From UHGV virus genome UHGV-0324172: 42,655 bases of DNA; one strand, 5' to 3'. Origin of the DNA: a virus. Position numbers and translations under genes: made by a program. This document shows, in pieces, positions 8,438 through 18,945 of this stretch. Positions within the stretch are counted from its first letter, which is position 1. Each line of letters begins with the position of its first letter. Under the pieces are notes generated by a model. That model had not been told where the DNA came from. It made no database searches and saw only the letters and a list, made by a program, of their open reading frames with translations.

Positions 8438-11103
8438 TATTTAGCACCCCACAATACTAATGCTATTGCACATCCACGTTCTTCAGTGTATTCAGAAGTT
8501 ATTTTCATGACACGACCTTTACCATTCACATTATCTTTATATCCTACACCTGCTCTACCGTTGATATAGTCGCCTGGTATAACGTCTTTTTCAATGTTCG
8601 TGTAGATTTGACCTAATAATCCGACTACATTCCATTCAGGTCGTTCTGAACGTGATTGATAATCGATTTTGTCGTTATATTCAGGGTTTTCTACTGGTAT
8701 GTCACGCCATTCGAAAGAAACATTTCCTTCATCGTCTACAAATTCAACTTGTTTTCTGTTTGTAATCGTTACTCCATACTCATTTTTTAAAAATCTATCT
8801 TTATGGTGGAATGTTTTTTCATTTGCTACCAATGCAGCAGTTCCAGATATAACGCCAATTGGTGTGTCATTAGGTTGCGCTTTTCTTATCTTATCGCCGT
8901 CTAATGTAACGATAGTTCCTAAATCGATTGCTAATCCATTTTGTGACTCAAATAACTCTGCGATATCGGCACTATCTTGTTTAAGTTGACCGGCTAAAGT
9001 TAAGTTTCCTGAATAAGTGCTTAAATCAAATTTAATGTTAGATGTAGAAGCATTACCACTAGAACCATATCCAGCGACAACATGATAGTTACCAGGTGAC
9101 TTAACACGATTACTATTAAGAATTAATTGTGTGTGTCCTGACTTGTCTGTTTCTGAATTTAACGAGTTGATAATACCACTACGTGATCCATAAGATTTGG
9201 AGTTAGCACCAGAACCTAATACAAAGCTACGATTACTGTATGCTTTCGAACCACCTGTTGACGCAATAACTGCACTAGCATTAGCTACGCCTGCACTTCC
9301 TGTAGACGCTATACTAGCACCACCTTTTCCAACTGTAGGAGGTGTGTCGTATTTTTCGCCGGCTATCCATGCAGGTGTTGAATAATTGTTTGCTGTGATA
9401 CCACTAATCATAGCGTGGTTATTTGTCAAACGTAATCCTATGCCCGAACCATTACCGTATAAGTTACAATTAGTTATTTTAGTATCGTATATTTTACTTC
9501 CAACACCGATACCGATATTGTTAGATGAATTCCAAATATTGATATTGTTTAAAATAACTCTTGAAGGTCTATTATCTCCGCCAAATAATCTAATATCTAC
9601 TTCTGCATTTTTAAAGTTACGCACATTAATATTATTAAGCGAGATGTTTTCGGACATGAATTGGATGGCTATTGCTGGTTGTTTTTTATCTAGTTTTCCA
9701 CCTTCTAATTTTCCGAAATCATCATCACCAATTGCAGTGAAATTATTGACTGATACATTTTTATAAGCACTGATTAATAATGCTCTAGGTGTTGAGCCTG
9801 GATACACACCATTGTATTTAGGGTTTAAAGCTAAGCAATTATTTAGCACCACGTCATAAGCAGTCAAACTTTTATTGTCCGTTTTAGCTCTATGATGACC
9901 GATGTGTCGAATGTTGTAAGCTCTTGTATCTTCGATTGATACGTGACCGTTAACGAACACACCACTTGCAGCACTTGCATTACTGTGTGCTTTGATTTCT
10001 AAACCACCGAAGTTACCTTTGGTTCTGTTGTTTGATAAGAACACATATTGTGAGCCATCGTCAATTTCTACACCGTTGTTATTACTTCCACCTGTTGGTG
10101 TATGTGCATAACAATTAGAAATTGTAATGTAACGAGAGTGATGGGTAGTGATACCATCATCTCCGCAACCATATACCTCACAATTATCAATATGAATATG
10201 CTTACTTTCTAATGCGTAAGGCACTCTGTTTCCATCGCCTTCGTAGTAATAATTGTCATTTGCATATGTTACATCGATACAGTGTAGTAAAGCGTCATAT
10301 GATTTAACGTTATAGATATATCCATTAGTTACACCCGCAAATCTAATGTTAGATGAACGAGAACCACCGGTAGCTTTAAGTGTTTTATTTTGTCTAAACT
10401 TATTCCCGTTGAACGAAAAACTTTCTAATGAAATGTTTTCAGCTCCACCACTCATTTTTAAGTTAGTGATACCAATATTTTCTGCAGGTGTTTCGTCCAT
10501 AAACTTAATTGTAGTAATGTCTTTACCTTGTCCTACCAAACGAGAGTTGTTAGGCATTTTAATACCTGTTGTAAGGTAAGTACCACCACTCATAGTTACC
10601 TGTACATTGCCGTTACCTAATGCGTCTTGGAAAGCTTTCGTACTGTCCTTTTGACCTGTAGGATCTCCGCCAAAGTCATCAACGTTAACAATACGTTGTA
10701 TTTTCTTAGTTAAGTCGGCTCTTAGTTCTTCTCTAGCGTTACTTTCTCTTAAAAAGTCGTGATATAGACGTTGGTGTAAAGAATCGAAACTTTGAGCGTC
10801 CATTGATGTGTGACTAGCTTTTAATTCGTTATTGCCATCACCGTTATGACCTAACACAAGATGTTCAATAAGTTCATCTTGATAATTTTCATGATTAGAT
10901 AATACGACATCTTTACCTTTTGTAGTTTTGTGTTTGATTTGATCAGTTGTATGCGCATTTTTTTGAGTGGTTAAATGCTCGTTAAAGCTATCATCACTTT
11001 TATTAGTCCAGTATTTTATTTGTTCGAAGTTATTCTCAAGTTGACTTACAAACTTTTGACTAAAGTACGAGTGAAGTTTCGTAATTAAGTTATCTAATTT
11101 CAA
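8437..11103 (-). CDS. Tail fibre/appendage protein with pectin-lyase-like right-handed beta-helix (candidate wall-teichoic-acid-binding or depolymerase module)
   Basis: 888 aa. Repetitive N/G/S-rich beta-helix signature (NGNK..., GGS..., NN[IV] repeats). Position after the Tal gene. Confidence 0.55.
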   Translation of the reverse strand: MKLDNLITKLHSYFSQKFVSQLENNFEQIKYWTNKSDDSFNEHLTTQKNAHTTDQIKHKTTKGKDVVLSNHENYQDELIEHLVLGHNGDGNNELKASHTSMDAQSFDSLHQRLYHDFLRESNAREELRADLTKKIQRIVNVDDFGGDPTGQKDSTKAFQDALGNGNVQVTMSGGTYLTTGIKMPNNSRLVGQGKDITTIKFMDETPAENIGITNLKMSGGAENISLESFSFNGNKFRQNKTLKATGGSRSSNIRFAGVTNGYIYNVKSYDALLHCIDVTYANDNYYYEGDGNRVPYALESKHIHIDNCEVYGCGDDGITTHHSRYITISNCYAHTPTGGSNNNGVEIDDGSQYVFLSNNRTKGNFGGLEIKAHSNASAASGVFVNGHVSIEDTRAYNIRHIGHHRAKTDNKSLTAYDVVLNNCLALNPKYNGVYPGSTPRALLISAYKNVSVNNFTAIGDDDFGKLEGGKLDKKQPAIAIQFMSENISLNNINVRNFKNAEVDIRLFGGDNRPSRVILNNINIWNSSNNIGIGVGSKIYDTKITNCNLYGNGSGIGLRLTNNHAMISGITANNYSTPAWIAGEKYDTPPTVGKGGASIASTGSAGVANASAVIASTGGSKAYSNRSFVLGSGANSKSYGSRSGIINSLNSETDKSGHTQLILNSNRVKSPGNYHVVAGYGSSGNASTSNIKFDLSTYSGNLTLAGQLKQDSADIAELFESQNGLAIDLGTIVTLDGDKIRKAQPNDTPIGVISGTAALVANEKTFHHKDRFLKNEYGVTITNRKQVEFVDDEGNVSFEWRDIPVENPEYNDKIDYQSRSERPEWNVVGLLGQIYTNIEKDVIPGDYINGRAGVGYKDNVNGKGRVMKITSEYTEERGCAIALVLWGAK

Positions 11104-11117
11104 ATTTTTTGACCTCC

Positions 11118-12974
11118 TTAGCCATAAAAACCATAAAAGTTTTTAATCAATTCGTACATAATGACCTCGTGCCCTTTTTCATTAGGGTGTACCCCGTCAG
11201 GCATACTCGATTTTCTGTACGAAGGTATATTGGGTTTGAATTGTGTTGAATGATAAGCGTCATAAACAGGTATATCCAGTTCGTTACAAGCGTCTATTTG
11301 AACATCTACATAATCAGCTAAAGTGTGACCTAAATCGTTCTTAGTAGTGTCTTTTCTTACGGTTTTGCCGTCTTTTATATAACATTGTTTAGTAGGTGTC
11401 ATAACAATTATTTTAGAGTTAGGGTTATTACTCTTGATTTTAGTGATAGCACTATAAAAGGCACCGTAAAACGTTTTAGTATCCGTTTTATCAGTGCCTA
11501 TATTAATATCATTAGTCCAATCATCATCTGTACCTTGCACAATGATTAAATCAGATTTAATTTTGGTCGCTTGTTCATAAATGCTATTATCTTTGTTTGT
11601 GCTCATTGTCGCACCACTAACAGCTAAGTTTGTTGATTTAGCCTTTATCTTCTTAGCTAACATTTGAGTAAAGTTAGTTTTAGCACCAGTACCTTTAGCG
11701 ACAGAATCTCCAATAGTACCTATTGTTTTAACTTTCCTAATCTTAGACTTAGGTGTAAAGTCGTGAACAATAGTACCGTTTGCAGTTGTAACACTCTTAG
11801 CATGCGCGCTTTCTAATCTTCTTTTTATTTCATCGGTTTTCTTCTGCAAATCTTGTGCAGTCTTAGTATTTGCGTTGTTTTGAGCTTGAATCATCCTTAA
11901 GTCTTTAGCTGGATCAGATTTGTTAGACTTAATAGCTTTAACATAATTTGCAGCAGTGTTTACTGCTTTCATGTATCTATCTTGTAATCTAAATTCCCCT
12001 AAGACTACGTCTTGCTTGATAATCTTATTGTTAATATCTCGATGTGTAGTGATTTCTATAATTCTTACATATTCATTTAATCCTATTAGGTCGTCAATGA
12101 CATTAACTATATCTCCGACTTTAGGAATTGCTTCTTTAAAATGTTTTTGTAAAGAAATGAAATCTAGTGTTACAGACGTTTTTAAACTTTCTTGTATAAC
12201 TAACTCCATAGCTTTTTTGAGTGTATCACCTTTAGTTATGCGTCCATCTACAACGGGTGGCGCATGCCGTTTGCCTATTAAGTCGGCTAAAGGGTGTGTG
12301 TACTCATATTGCAAACTAGCTTCGTTAAAAGTTTGTTGCTCATCAAAGCCACCATAACCTCTGATATAGGTGTAACACTTAGAAGCATCTTCTTGGACTT
12401 TTACATTATTCGCATTAACACCTGCTTTAATGTAGTAGTTAGCCTTTCTTTGAACAATATCATATAAATGGAACGTCTTTGTTTTAGCGTTGTATTCATA
12501 TTCTAGGTTATATCTTTCCAAACCTTTTTTGAATAGTTCTAAGTTTGTATCATGATTACCTAGATTCTCAAATTTAGATGATGAAACCTTAGCGTGTAAT
12601 TCATACTTATAACCGGTATTTCTAAAAACGAGATCAAAATAATTTTTACCAGTAAAACTACCGTTATATACTTCGTAGACTCGCAAGTTATTTAAATCAT
12701 CTAATTCGACAGGACGCGCTTTGATTGTTAACTTTTCCTTTTGACCTACAGTTGTTTTGTCTAACATAACGATACGGTATTCGTTTAGGTCATCAGCACC
12801 ACCAACACCTGTAATCGTCCACATTTTAGTAATAGCCCCTATAGCGTCAAATGTAGCTTTGTTTTCTACCATTTCTATTTCTAAGGAGCCATCTTCATTT
12901 AATTTCTCGTTTAATTTTGTTTCTACAGGTAGGGATTGCCCAATGCCCTGTAACGTTTTTAATAATATTGGCAA
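11118..12974 (-). CDS. Tail-associated lysin/endopeptidase (Tal-like) with C-terminal SGNH/GDSL hydrolase domain
   Basis: N-terminal prophage-tail endopeptidase-like region. C-terminal block IGTIGDSVAKG...IVQGTDDDWTND...DGVHPN (SGNH catalytic motifs). Position after the Dit gene. Confidence 0.65.
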   Translation of the reverse strand: MPILLKTLQGIGQSLPVETKLNEKLNEDGSLEIEMVENKATFDAIGAITKMWTITGVGGADDLNEYRIVMLDKTTVGQKEKLTIKARPVELDDLNNLRVYEVYNGSFTGKNYFDLVFRNTGYKYELHAKVSSSKFENLGNHDTNLELFKKGLERYNLEYEYNAKTKTFHLYDIVQRKANYYIKAGVNANNVKVQEDASKCYTYIRGYGGFDEQQTFNEASLQYEYTHPLADLIGKRHAPPVVDGRITKGDTLKKAMELVIQESLKTSVTLDFISLQKHFKEAIPKVGDIVNVIDDLIGLNEYVRIIEITTHRDINNKIIKQDVVLGEFRLQDRYMKAVNTAANYVKAIKSNKSDPAKDLRMIQAQNNANTKTAQDLQKKTDEIKRRLESAHAKSVTTANGTIVHDFTPKSKIRKVKTIGTIGDSVAKGTGAKTNFTQMLAKKIKAKSTNLAVSGATMSTNKDNSIYEQATKIKSDLIIVQGTDDDWTNDINIGTDKTDTKTFYGAFYSAITKIKSNNPNSKIIVMTPTKQCYIKDGKTVRKDTTKNDLGHTLADYVDVQIDACNELDIPVYDAYHSTQFKPNIPSYRKSSMPDGVHPNEKGHEVIMYELIKNFYGFYG

Positions 12975-12987
12975 TTAAGCAACCTCC

Positions 12988-13926
12988 TTACAAGTAATAT
13001 CTTTTATGTTTAAACGTAATTTTTTGAAGTTTCTTAGTAGTATGGAAGGTATTCCAACCAGGCATTAATACAGGTTGTTGTTTTGTCTTGTTGTAATCAT
13101 CAATGCGTAAGTTATTACGATATACATGAATGCCGTCAAATTTGATAACATCACCGGCTCTCAATTCTAATCCACTTATTTTCATAATGTCACTATGTGT
13201 CATATAGAAGTTAAAACCATCGCTATCATTTTTACTGACATTTTCTCCAAGTGTCATTTCTACAACACTATCTTGGTAAAATTGGTTAATTTCAGCTGTA
13301 CCACCGTAATATACATCGCCCACTTTAGTGTCATAGAATGTGTATCTACGTTCTTTATGAGATGTGTTGAACGGGTTTTTGTCTGGAATACCCCATTTAT
13401 TCAAATTACCACTCTCTTTTTCTAAATCTGTACTATACCCAATACTCTCAAAGTATGGTAATTCAATCGTTTCGAAATCTAGTGTGAATTCACCTGACGT
13501 TTTAGTAGTATCGAATGACACTTCATTAACTAAGCCAACAAGTATCTGCCTACCGTCTACATATTCAAGTTCAAACTTTTGTTCTTTAGGTTGAAAGATA
13601 TTTTCGAACAATATCTCGTTTTCTGGAGAAGCTAATTCTCTTAAATAGAATTCCCCCCTAAGCATAGCTTGTATATCTGATTTTAGATGAGAAGCATAAG
13701 CTATCTTTTCTACATCGTACCTAACCGTCATAGATATACTTTTCTTTTCTTCTTTAGTAGCATTATGAAATCTACCGTTAACACGATCAATTTCATCAAA
13801 CTTTCGGTCATAGCCTGCACCTTTAACATCGTAAGAAACAACTCTCAACGCAGTACCAGTAAAGCGATTGTTACTAATACGCAAACGTTCTTTATTTTTG
13901 TATACCTCAACATCATGTAATATCAA
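12988..13926 (-). CDS. Distal tail protein (Dit)
   Basis: 312 aa, immediately downstream of the tape measure gene, the canonical siphovirus position. Confidence 0.65.
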   Translation of the reverse strand: MILHDVEVYKNKERLRISNNRFTGTALRVVSYDVKGAGYDRKFDEIDRVNGRFHNATKEEKKSISMTVRYDVEKIAYASHLKSDIQAMLRGEFYLRELASPENEILFENIFQPKEQKFELEYVDGRQILVGLVNEVSFDTTKTSGEFTLDFETIELPYFESIGYSTDLEKESGNLNKWGIPDKNPFNTSHKERRYTFYDTKVGDVYYGGTAEINQFYQDSVVEMTLGENVSKNDSDGFNFYMTHSDIMKISGLELRAGDVIKFDGIHVYRNNLRIDDYNKTKQQPVLMPGWNTFHTTKKLQKITFKHKRYYL

Positions 13927-13941
13927 TTAACAATCACTCCT

Positions 13942-16900
13942 TTAAAATAATCCGAAACTTGCGTCTTTTGAGTTGGAATCTTCAATGTAAGATTTAATAG
14001 CCGGTATATCTGACTCATTGCGAACAGTCACGTTGACGATAGGTTTATTGTTCTCTTGCATGCTATGGCGTACGTCTTTACTCATATGTGCGTTCACATC
14101 GCTATTTAATCCACCTGTTAAGTCTGATGTTAAATCAGTGTTTAAATCAGGGCTAAATGCGTTAGTTACATCTTTCGCTAAACGACGACTGGCATTAATA
14201 GCACTATTGCTTTGTTCCATAATACCAATACCTAAGCCTTGAGAAATATATCCACCTATACCTCTGAATACACGAGAAGGTGAGTGAATACCTAGTACGT
14301 TTTTAGCTGCACTAACTGCTTTTTTAGCAATGTTTGCGGCAGCATTTATAACTCTACTTGCGCCATTTGCAATACCTCGTGCAATACCTGAAGCAATATG
14401 CAATCCTGCAGATACCATTTGTCCGAAGAAACTTCTGACTTTGGAAACAGCTCTACCCATACCAGAAGCAACTTGTGATACAACTCTAACAAAACCACTA
14501 ACCACGCCTTGAACAAATCTACTCATCGCAGAAATGATACTTGAAACCCAACGAGCACCACCAGAAATGATACGACTTAGTGCTTGCATCATTTTTTGAG
14601 CAACGGTTGAAACTACACGTGAAAACCAACTTGATACTGTATTCCATATTCTAGTAACTGCACCTGAAATCGCAGACCAAATTTGGTTCCAACTTGTAAT
14701 ATTAGTACCAAGTATTCTGTTCAAAACATTGAATATGAAGTTAGAAATTTGGCCCCAAATTGACAATATGGTATTCCAAATCGTAGTCATTACATTAGAA
14801 ATCGTAGTTTGTAAAGTTTGCCAAGCGCCAGAAAAATCTCCGGTAAGGAGCTGTATTAATGCAGTAAACAAACCGAAAATCAATTGCGTAGCAGCTTGTA
14901 GTATTCCACCTATCGCAGTGAATACTACTGAAATCACAGTCCAAAGAGATTGGAAAGCAGTTACTAAACCATTGATAAGGCTAATGAATAAGAAGCCGAG
15001 AACTTGGTTTGCAACTTGTCCTAACATTTGTAAGATAGGCATAATTGGTTGGAGCGTTTGTTCGATAGACGCTCTGAACTGATTAAACCAGTTAATCACT
15101 GTTTTTACAGCGTTCATTATCGTATCTTTAATTGTGTTCCAAGCTTCAACACAAGTTTTTCTGAAATTCTCGTTCGTTTTCCATAACCAAACAATAATAC
15201 CTATTAAAGCGACGATAACGCCTATGATAGCCAATACAGGCCATGAAATCGCACCTATAGCTACACCTAACGCTTGGAATGCACCACTTAACATAGGTAA
15301 GATACGCATAATTGTACTAATAGGGCTCATGAGAAGTCTAAATGCGATTTTCACTAGGTTTAACGCACTTCTAAGTATTTGAGTGTTTCTAGCAAAAGCT
15401 AACATTTTAGTCATAGCTTTGAATAGACTACTACTAAAGAATGTTTCTAATAATGTACCTACTGCGATGATTGGTGCTAGTAAAGCCCACAACATACCAC
15501 CGAGTATCATACCTATACCAATCATTCGAGCTATAGCTGGATGTGTTTCAAACAACTTAGCTATGAAACCAGCTAATGCTGTTACTACTTTTAATATCAC
15601 ACTTGCTATTGGAGCCATTGCAGTGCCGAATGCAACCAATACTCTTACAATATTACCGATTAGATCCATAATGACTGGACCATTCTCTTGTACATACTGA
15701 ACAAACTTTTTAAACCCTTCAGATTTACCAACTTGTTCAGACCATTCTCTAAACTTAGCAGTCATTTTAACTAGCCAATCAAAGATATTAGAACTGTTTT
15801 GAGCAAATGCTTTCATCAAGTTACCAATACCCATGAATACATTGCCAAATATTTGACCTATTTTAGGTAAATTAGTTTTAGTGTATTCAATAAATGATTT
15901 AATAGCATTTTGACCTGCTACACTATTCGCCCAGTTTTGGAACTTTTTACCTAAATTATCTAAGCCTTTAGCAGTCCATAAGAATAGTGGACCTAATTGA
16001 GTGAATACATTAATAAGTCCGTCACCAAAACGTCCTGCAGCACTTAATAATGTGTTGAATGTCTTAACACCTGTTGTATTCATCATGTTAAAGAACTTGC
16101 TAGCAGTTTGGCTGTTTTGAGCCCATTTTAAGACACTCTGTGAAGCTTGTTCCATTCCTTTAGAGATACCTGCTAAGAATGGTTTCATGCGTCCTAAAGC
16201 TACGTTAACAGTGTCTAAAGCGTTAGATAACGTATTGAATATTTGAGATTGATTTTGCTTGATAATGCCTTCCCAAGTTGACTTAACTTGTTCTAAAGAC
16301 GCTTGATATCTTCTTGTTTGTGCAGTGGCTTGTAATGTTCCGTCATTCAACATTTTAATTGCACTTACTGCCATAGCACCAAATGCAAACGCACCACTTG
16401 CAGCAATACCAAATGCACCAGCTACACCTAATGCACCACCAGCAACTACGCCTAATGCGTTAGCTACTGCCATGATGGCGGGTACTAATCCAGCTATGAT
16501 AGGAATAAGTCCTTGAAAACTAGCGATTAGCACACCTTTGATTTGTTGTCCAAACACAGTACCAAATGTACGAATACGAGTAGCTAATCTATCCATTTTG
16601 TCGCCGTATTCATCTAAAGACTGACTTAAAGCTCTAGTTAATACTTGAGCTCTTGTCATTCCCCTTGTATCAAAGTTAACTTTTACCGTTTTATCATGTA
16701 AGGTTGCCAACATAGCCTTAGCACCTAATACTGAACGTTTTAAGGGGTTGTTGTTACCTTTTATGTCTACTTCTTTATCTCTTAATTGCTGTAATTTCTC
16801 TTTAACTACTGCAATTGCTCGTTTGATAGGGTTGTTGTTACCGTCTATATCAACGGTATGTTCTCGCCAACGTTGAGCCATTGCTTTTGCAGTGTTTAAG

Positions 16901-17046
16901 GCTCGTTTAAACTTACTGATATTCGCATCGACTTGTGTTTCAATCTCGTCAGGTATTTCAGTTTTAGCCATACGTTGAGCTTTTCTGATATTCCGTTGGA
17001 AATCTGTAATGATCGCCGATATACGAGCCATAAAGTTTTTATTCAT
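13942..17046 (-). CDS. Tail tape measure protein
   Basis: 1034 aa. N-terminal coiled-coil. Long hydrophobic/Gly-Ala-rich transmembrane-like repeats. Located after the G/T chaperone pair. Confidence 0.9.
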   Translation of the reverse strand: MNKNFMARISAIITDFQRNIRKAQRMAKTEIPDEIETQVDANISKFKRALNTAKAMAQRWREHTVDIDGNNNPIKRAIAVVKEKLQQLRDKEVDIKGNNNPLKRSVLGAKAMLATLHDKTVKVNFDTRGMTRAQVLTRALSQSLDEYGDKMDRLATRIRTFGTVFGQQIKGVLIASFQGLIPIIAGLVPAIMAVANALGVVAGGALGVAGAFGIAASGAFAFGAMAVSAIKMLNDGTLQATAQTRRYQASLEQVKSTWEGIIKQNQSQIFNTLSNALDTVNVALGRMKPFLAGISKGMEQASQSVLKWAQNSQTASKFFNMMNTTGVKTFNTLLSAAGRFGDGLINVFTQLGPLFLWTAKGLDNLGKKFQNWANSVAGQNAIKSFIEYTKTNLPKIGQIFGNVFMGIGNLMKAFAQNSSNIFDWLVKMTAKFREWSEQVGKSEGFKKFVQYVQENGPVIMDLIGNIVRVLVAFGTAMAPIASVILKVVTALAGFIAKLFETHPAIARMIGIGMILGGMLWALLAPIIAVGTLLETFFSSSLFKAMTKMLAFARNTQILRSALNLVKIAFRLLMSPISTIMRILPMLSGAFQALGVAIGAISWPVLAIIGVIVALIGIIVWLWKTNENFRKTCVEAWNTIKDTIMNAVKTVINWFNQFRASIEQTLQPIMPILQMLGQVANQVLGFLFISLINGLVTAFQSLWTVISVVFTAIGGILQAATQLIFGLFTALIQLLTGDFSGAWQTLQTTISNVMTTIWNTILSIWGQISNFIFNVLNRILGTNITSWNQIWSAISGAVTRIWNTVSSWFSRVVSTVAQKMMQALSRIISGGARWVSSIISAMSRFVQGVVSGFVRVVSQVASGMGRAVSKVRSFFGQMVSAGLHIASGIARGIANGASRVINAAANIAKKAVSAAKNVLGIHSPSRVFRGIGGYISQGLGIGIMEQSNSAINASRRLAKDVTNAFSPDLNTDLTSDLTGGLNSDVNAHMSKDVRHSMQENNKPIVNVTVRNESDIPAIKSYIEDSNSKDASFGLF

Positions 17047-17048
17047 GG

Positions 17049-17351
17049 CTAACCTCCTTTTTGACTAGTATTGCGTAATGAATTCATAAAGCGTCGTGTA
17101 CCTTGTTTCTGAACATTTCTAATGCGTTTGTTATGTGCTAACTTACGTTCTTTCATACGTTCGTATTCTTCTGACTGTCCACGTACCTCGTATCTTGCAC
17201 GTTCTAATTGCTTCTGTAATCGTTTAAGTGATTTACCAGCTTGCACAAGACCGTTAGCTTGAGCACCAAATAATAAAGTTTCTTGTTCATCAAGTAACGC
17301 CAATCTACGACCTACAACCCAGTCTTTCCATTCATTAGGCGTCAAACTCAT
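17049..17351 (-). CDS. T-like extension of the tail assembly chaperone, probably expressed as a G-T fusion by -1 frameshift
   Basis: The -1 frame relative to 17414..17908 is open from 17519 down to 17049 (hand translation). Classic position between the chaperone and the tape measure. Confidence 0.55.
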   Translation of the reverse strand: MSLTPNEWKDWVVGRRLALLDEQETLLFGAQANGLVQAGKSLKRLQKQLERARYEVRGQSEEYERMKERKLAHNKRIRNVQKQGTRRFMNSLRNTSQKGG

Positions 17352-17413
17352 TAATTCATCATAAGGAAGATAGCCTATGTATTGACCGGTTATCTGCCGT
17401 ATTTCTGAATAAT

Positions 17414-17908
17414 CTAGTAAGGTAGCTCGCCCATGATTTCTTTGTAATTGTTCTTCATGAACTCGATACCGTTCTTCGTAGACTCTTTCTCTTCTTCTTT
17501 GACCATAGATGGAGCCGAGTTCATTTGTGTCCAGAATAGACGTGATTTCTGCTTGAAAAAACCACTATGATTTAAAACTTGCAATGCACCTTGTAACAAT
17601 TCGATAGAGTCTTGTTTTTCATCAATAATTTCCATTAGTGTTTGTTCGATATCTTCACGTTTAGGTGCGTTCTTACCTAGATAAGCTGTTGCACATTCCC
17701 AAAAATCAGCAATTGCGATTGGATCACGTTCTAAAATGCCATTATAGATAGCATTGAAACCAGACACTTTAGTTGTTTTACCATTTTCGTCTTGCTCGTC
17801 TTTAGCAAATTTCTTAGCCGCTTTATCGAATAAGAAAGTAGCTTTTGCTTCTACTTCTTCTCCGTTGAACTCTAATGTAGTAATAGGATTGATTGTATTT
17901 TCAGTCAT
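17414..17908 (-). CDS. Tail assembly chaperone (gpG-like)
   Basis: 164-aa acidic protein between the major tail protein and the tape measure. Downstream overlapping -1 frame ORF. Confidence 0.6.
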   Translation of the reverse strand: MTENTINPITTLEFNGEEVEAKATFLFDKAAKKFAKDEQDENGKTTKVSGFNAIYNGILERDPIAIADFWECATAYLGKNAPKREDIEQTLMEIIDEKQDSIELLQGALQVLNHSGFFKQKSRLFWTQMNSAPSMVKEEEKESTKNGIEFMKNNYKEIMGELPY

Positions 17909-17969
17909 TCTTTAACCTCTTTCTGTTATTTTGTACAAAAAAATAGAGGGCTTAATGCCCTCGTAAAAC

Positions 17970-18509
17970 TTATGCACCAGCACTAGGTGTACGGTTTTCG
18001 TATGAGTCTGTATAAGCTCCCATATCTTCCCATTCAACTGTAGGAGCAGCAGCACTAGGGTTGAGCCATTCTGGTGGTAATGAATCAACAGAACCGTCTG
18101 CACTGTTAAATTTAACTTTTGCAGTGATTTCGATTTTGTCATCCTCATCATCAAATGACCATTCGTGCTCTTCTACAATTACATAAGCGAAAGTACCGTG
18201 ATGTTTACCGTCACGTTTCTTAACTTCCCAAATCCATAAACGTAACTGCTTGAAGTTTTTAACTGACTCTTTTAAAGCTTCTTGACCTTTGTCGCCAGGA
18301 ACACGGTCAACAGTTAACTTGATTTCTTCTTCTACAGAGTTACGACCGTAGTCTTTTTTGCCACCTGTAATCATTTCAGCTAAGTCATTACTGATTGTGT
18401 GTCCACCCTCAGCTAAACTAGCTAACAGAATAGCATCTTCTTCTTTTAGCTTGCTCGCTAAATCTTTGTCAGCGATTTGTAACGCTGCAATGTATTTATT
18501 CTGCGCCAT
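17970..18509 (-). CDS. Major tail protein
   Basis: 179 aa, abundant-structural-protein-like composition. Position between tail completion genes and the chaperone. Followed by the hairpin AGGGCATTAAGCCCT. Confidence 0.65.
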   Translation of the reverse strand: MAQNKYIAALQIADKDLASKLKEEDAILLASLAEGGHTISNDLAEMITGGKKDYGRNSVEEEIKLTVDRVPGDKGQEALKESVKNFKQLRLWIWEVKKRDGKHHGTFAYVIVEEHEWSFDDEDDKIEITAKVKFNSADGSVDSLPPEWLNPSAAAPTVEWEDMGAYTDSYENRTPSAGA

Positions 18510-18933
18510 TCGTTACACTCCTTTGTAAAGTATTGTGTCTGTATTTAAAAACAAACCGGATGATACCGTGTTTCGTGTACTGATCTATGTCAGTTATCAC
18601 TTCTTGTGTATCAATCCGACTTTTAATGAATGAGTAATGTTCGATTTCAAATTCAGTGTTAAGTGCATGACCTAAAAACTGAATGATTTGTGCTACTTCA
18701 TCACGATTTCTCGCTTGACTATACACGTGTAAGGTTACGCCTACATCTTCAAACATACTCGTTGTCGTTTCTTTATTAGTGACGTTTGTTTCACCCACAA
18801 CGATATATGGGTAAACAGCGTCTTTTTGAACGCAATCAAAAACCCTACCACCAAGCTGTTTTTTGATGATAGGGTTGCTTTTTAATTTGTTATATATCTT
18901 GTTAAACAGATACCGTTCTACTGATACCCACAT
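18496..18933 (-). CDS. Tail terminator / tail completion protein
   Basis: 145 aa, in the position of the head-tail joining gene series. Confidence 0.45.
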   Translation of the reverse strand: MWVSVERYLFNKIYNKLKSNPIIKKQLGGRVFDCVQKDAVYPYIVVGETNVTNKETTTSMFEDVGVTLHVYSQARNRDEVAQIIQFLGHALNTEFEIEHYSFIKSRIDTQEVITDIDQYTKHGIIRFVFKYRHNTLQRSVTNGAE

Positions 18934-18945
18934 ATCTTAACCACC

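Noticed and set aside
17553-17559. U_UUU_UUC slippery heptamer in the chaperone gene as the G-T frameshift site
   Set aside because: The -1 frame has a stop codon at 17520..17522 downstream of this heptamer, so a shift here would terminate immediately. The productive shift must occur within 17414..17519.
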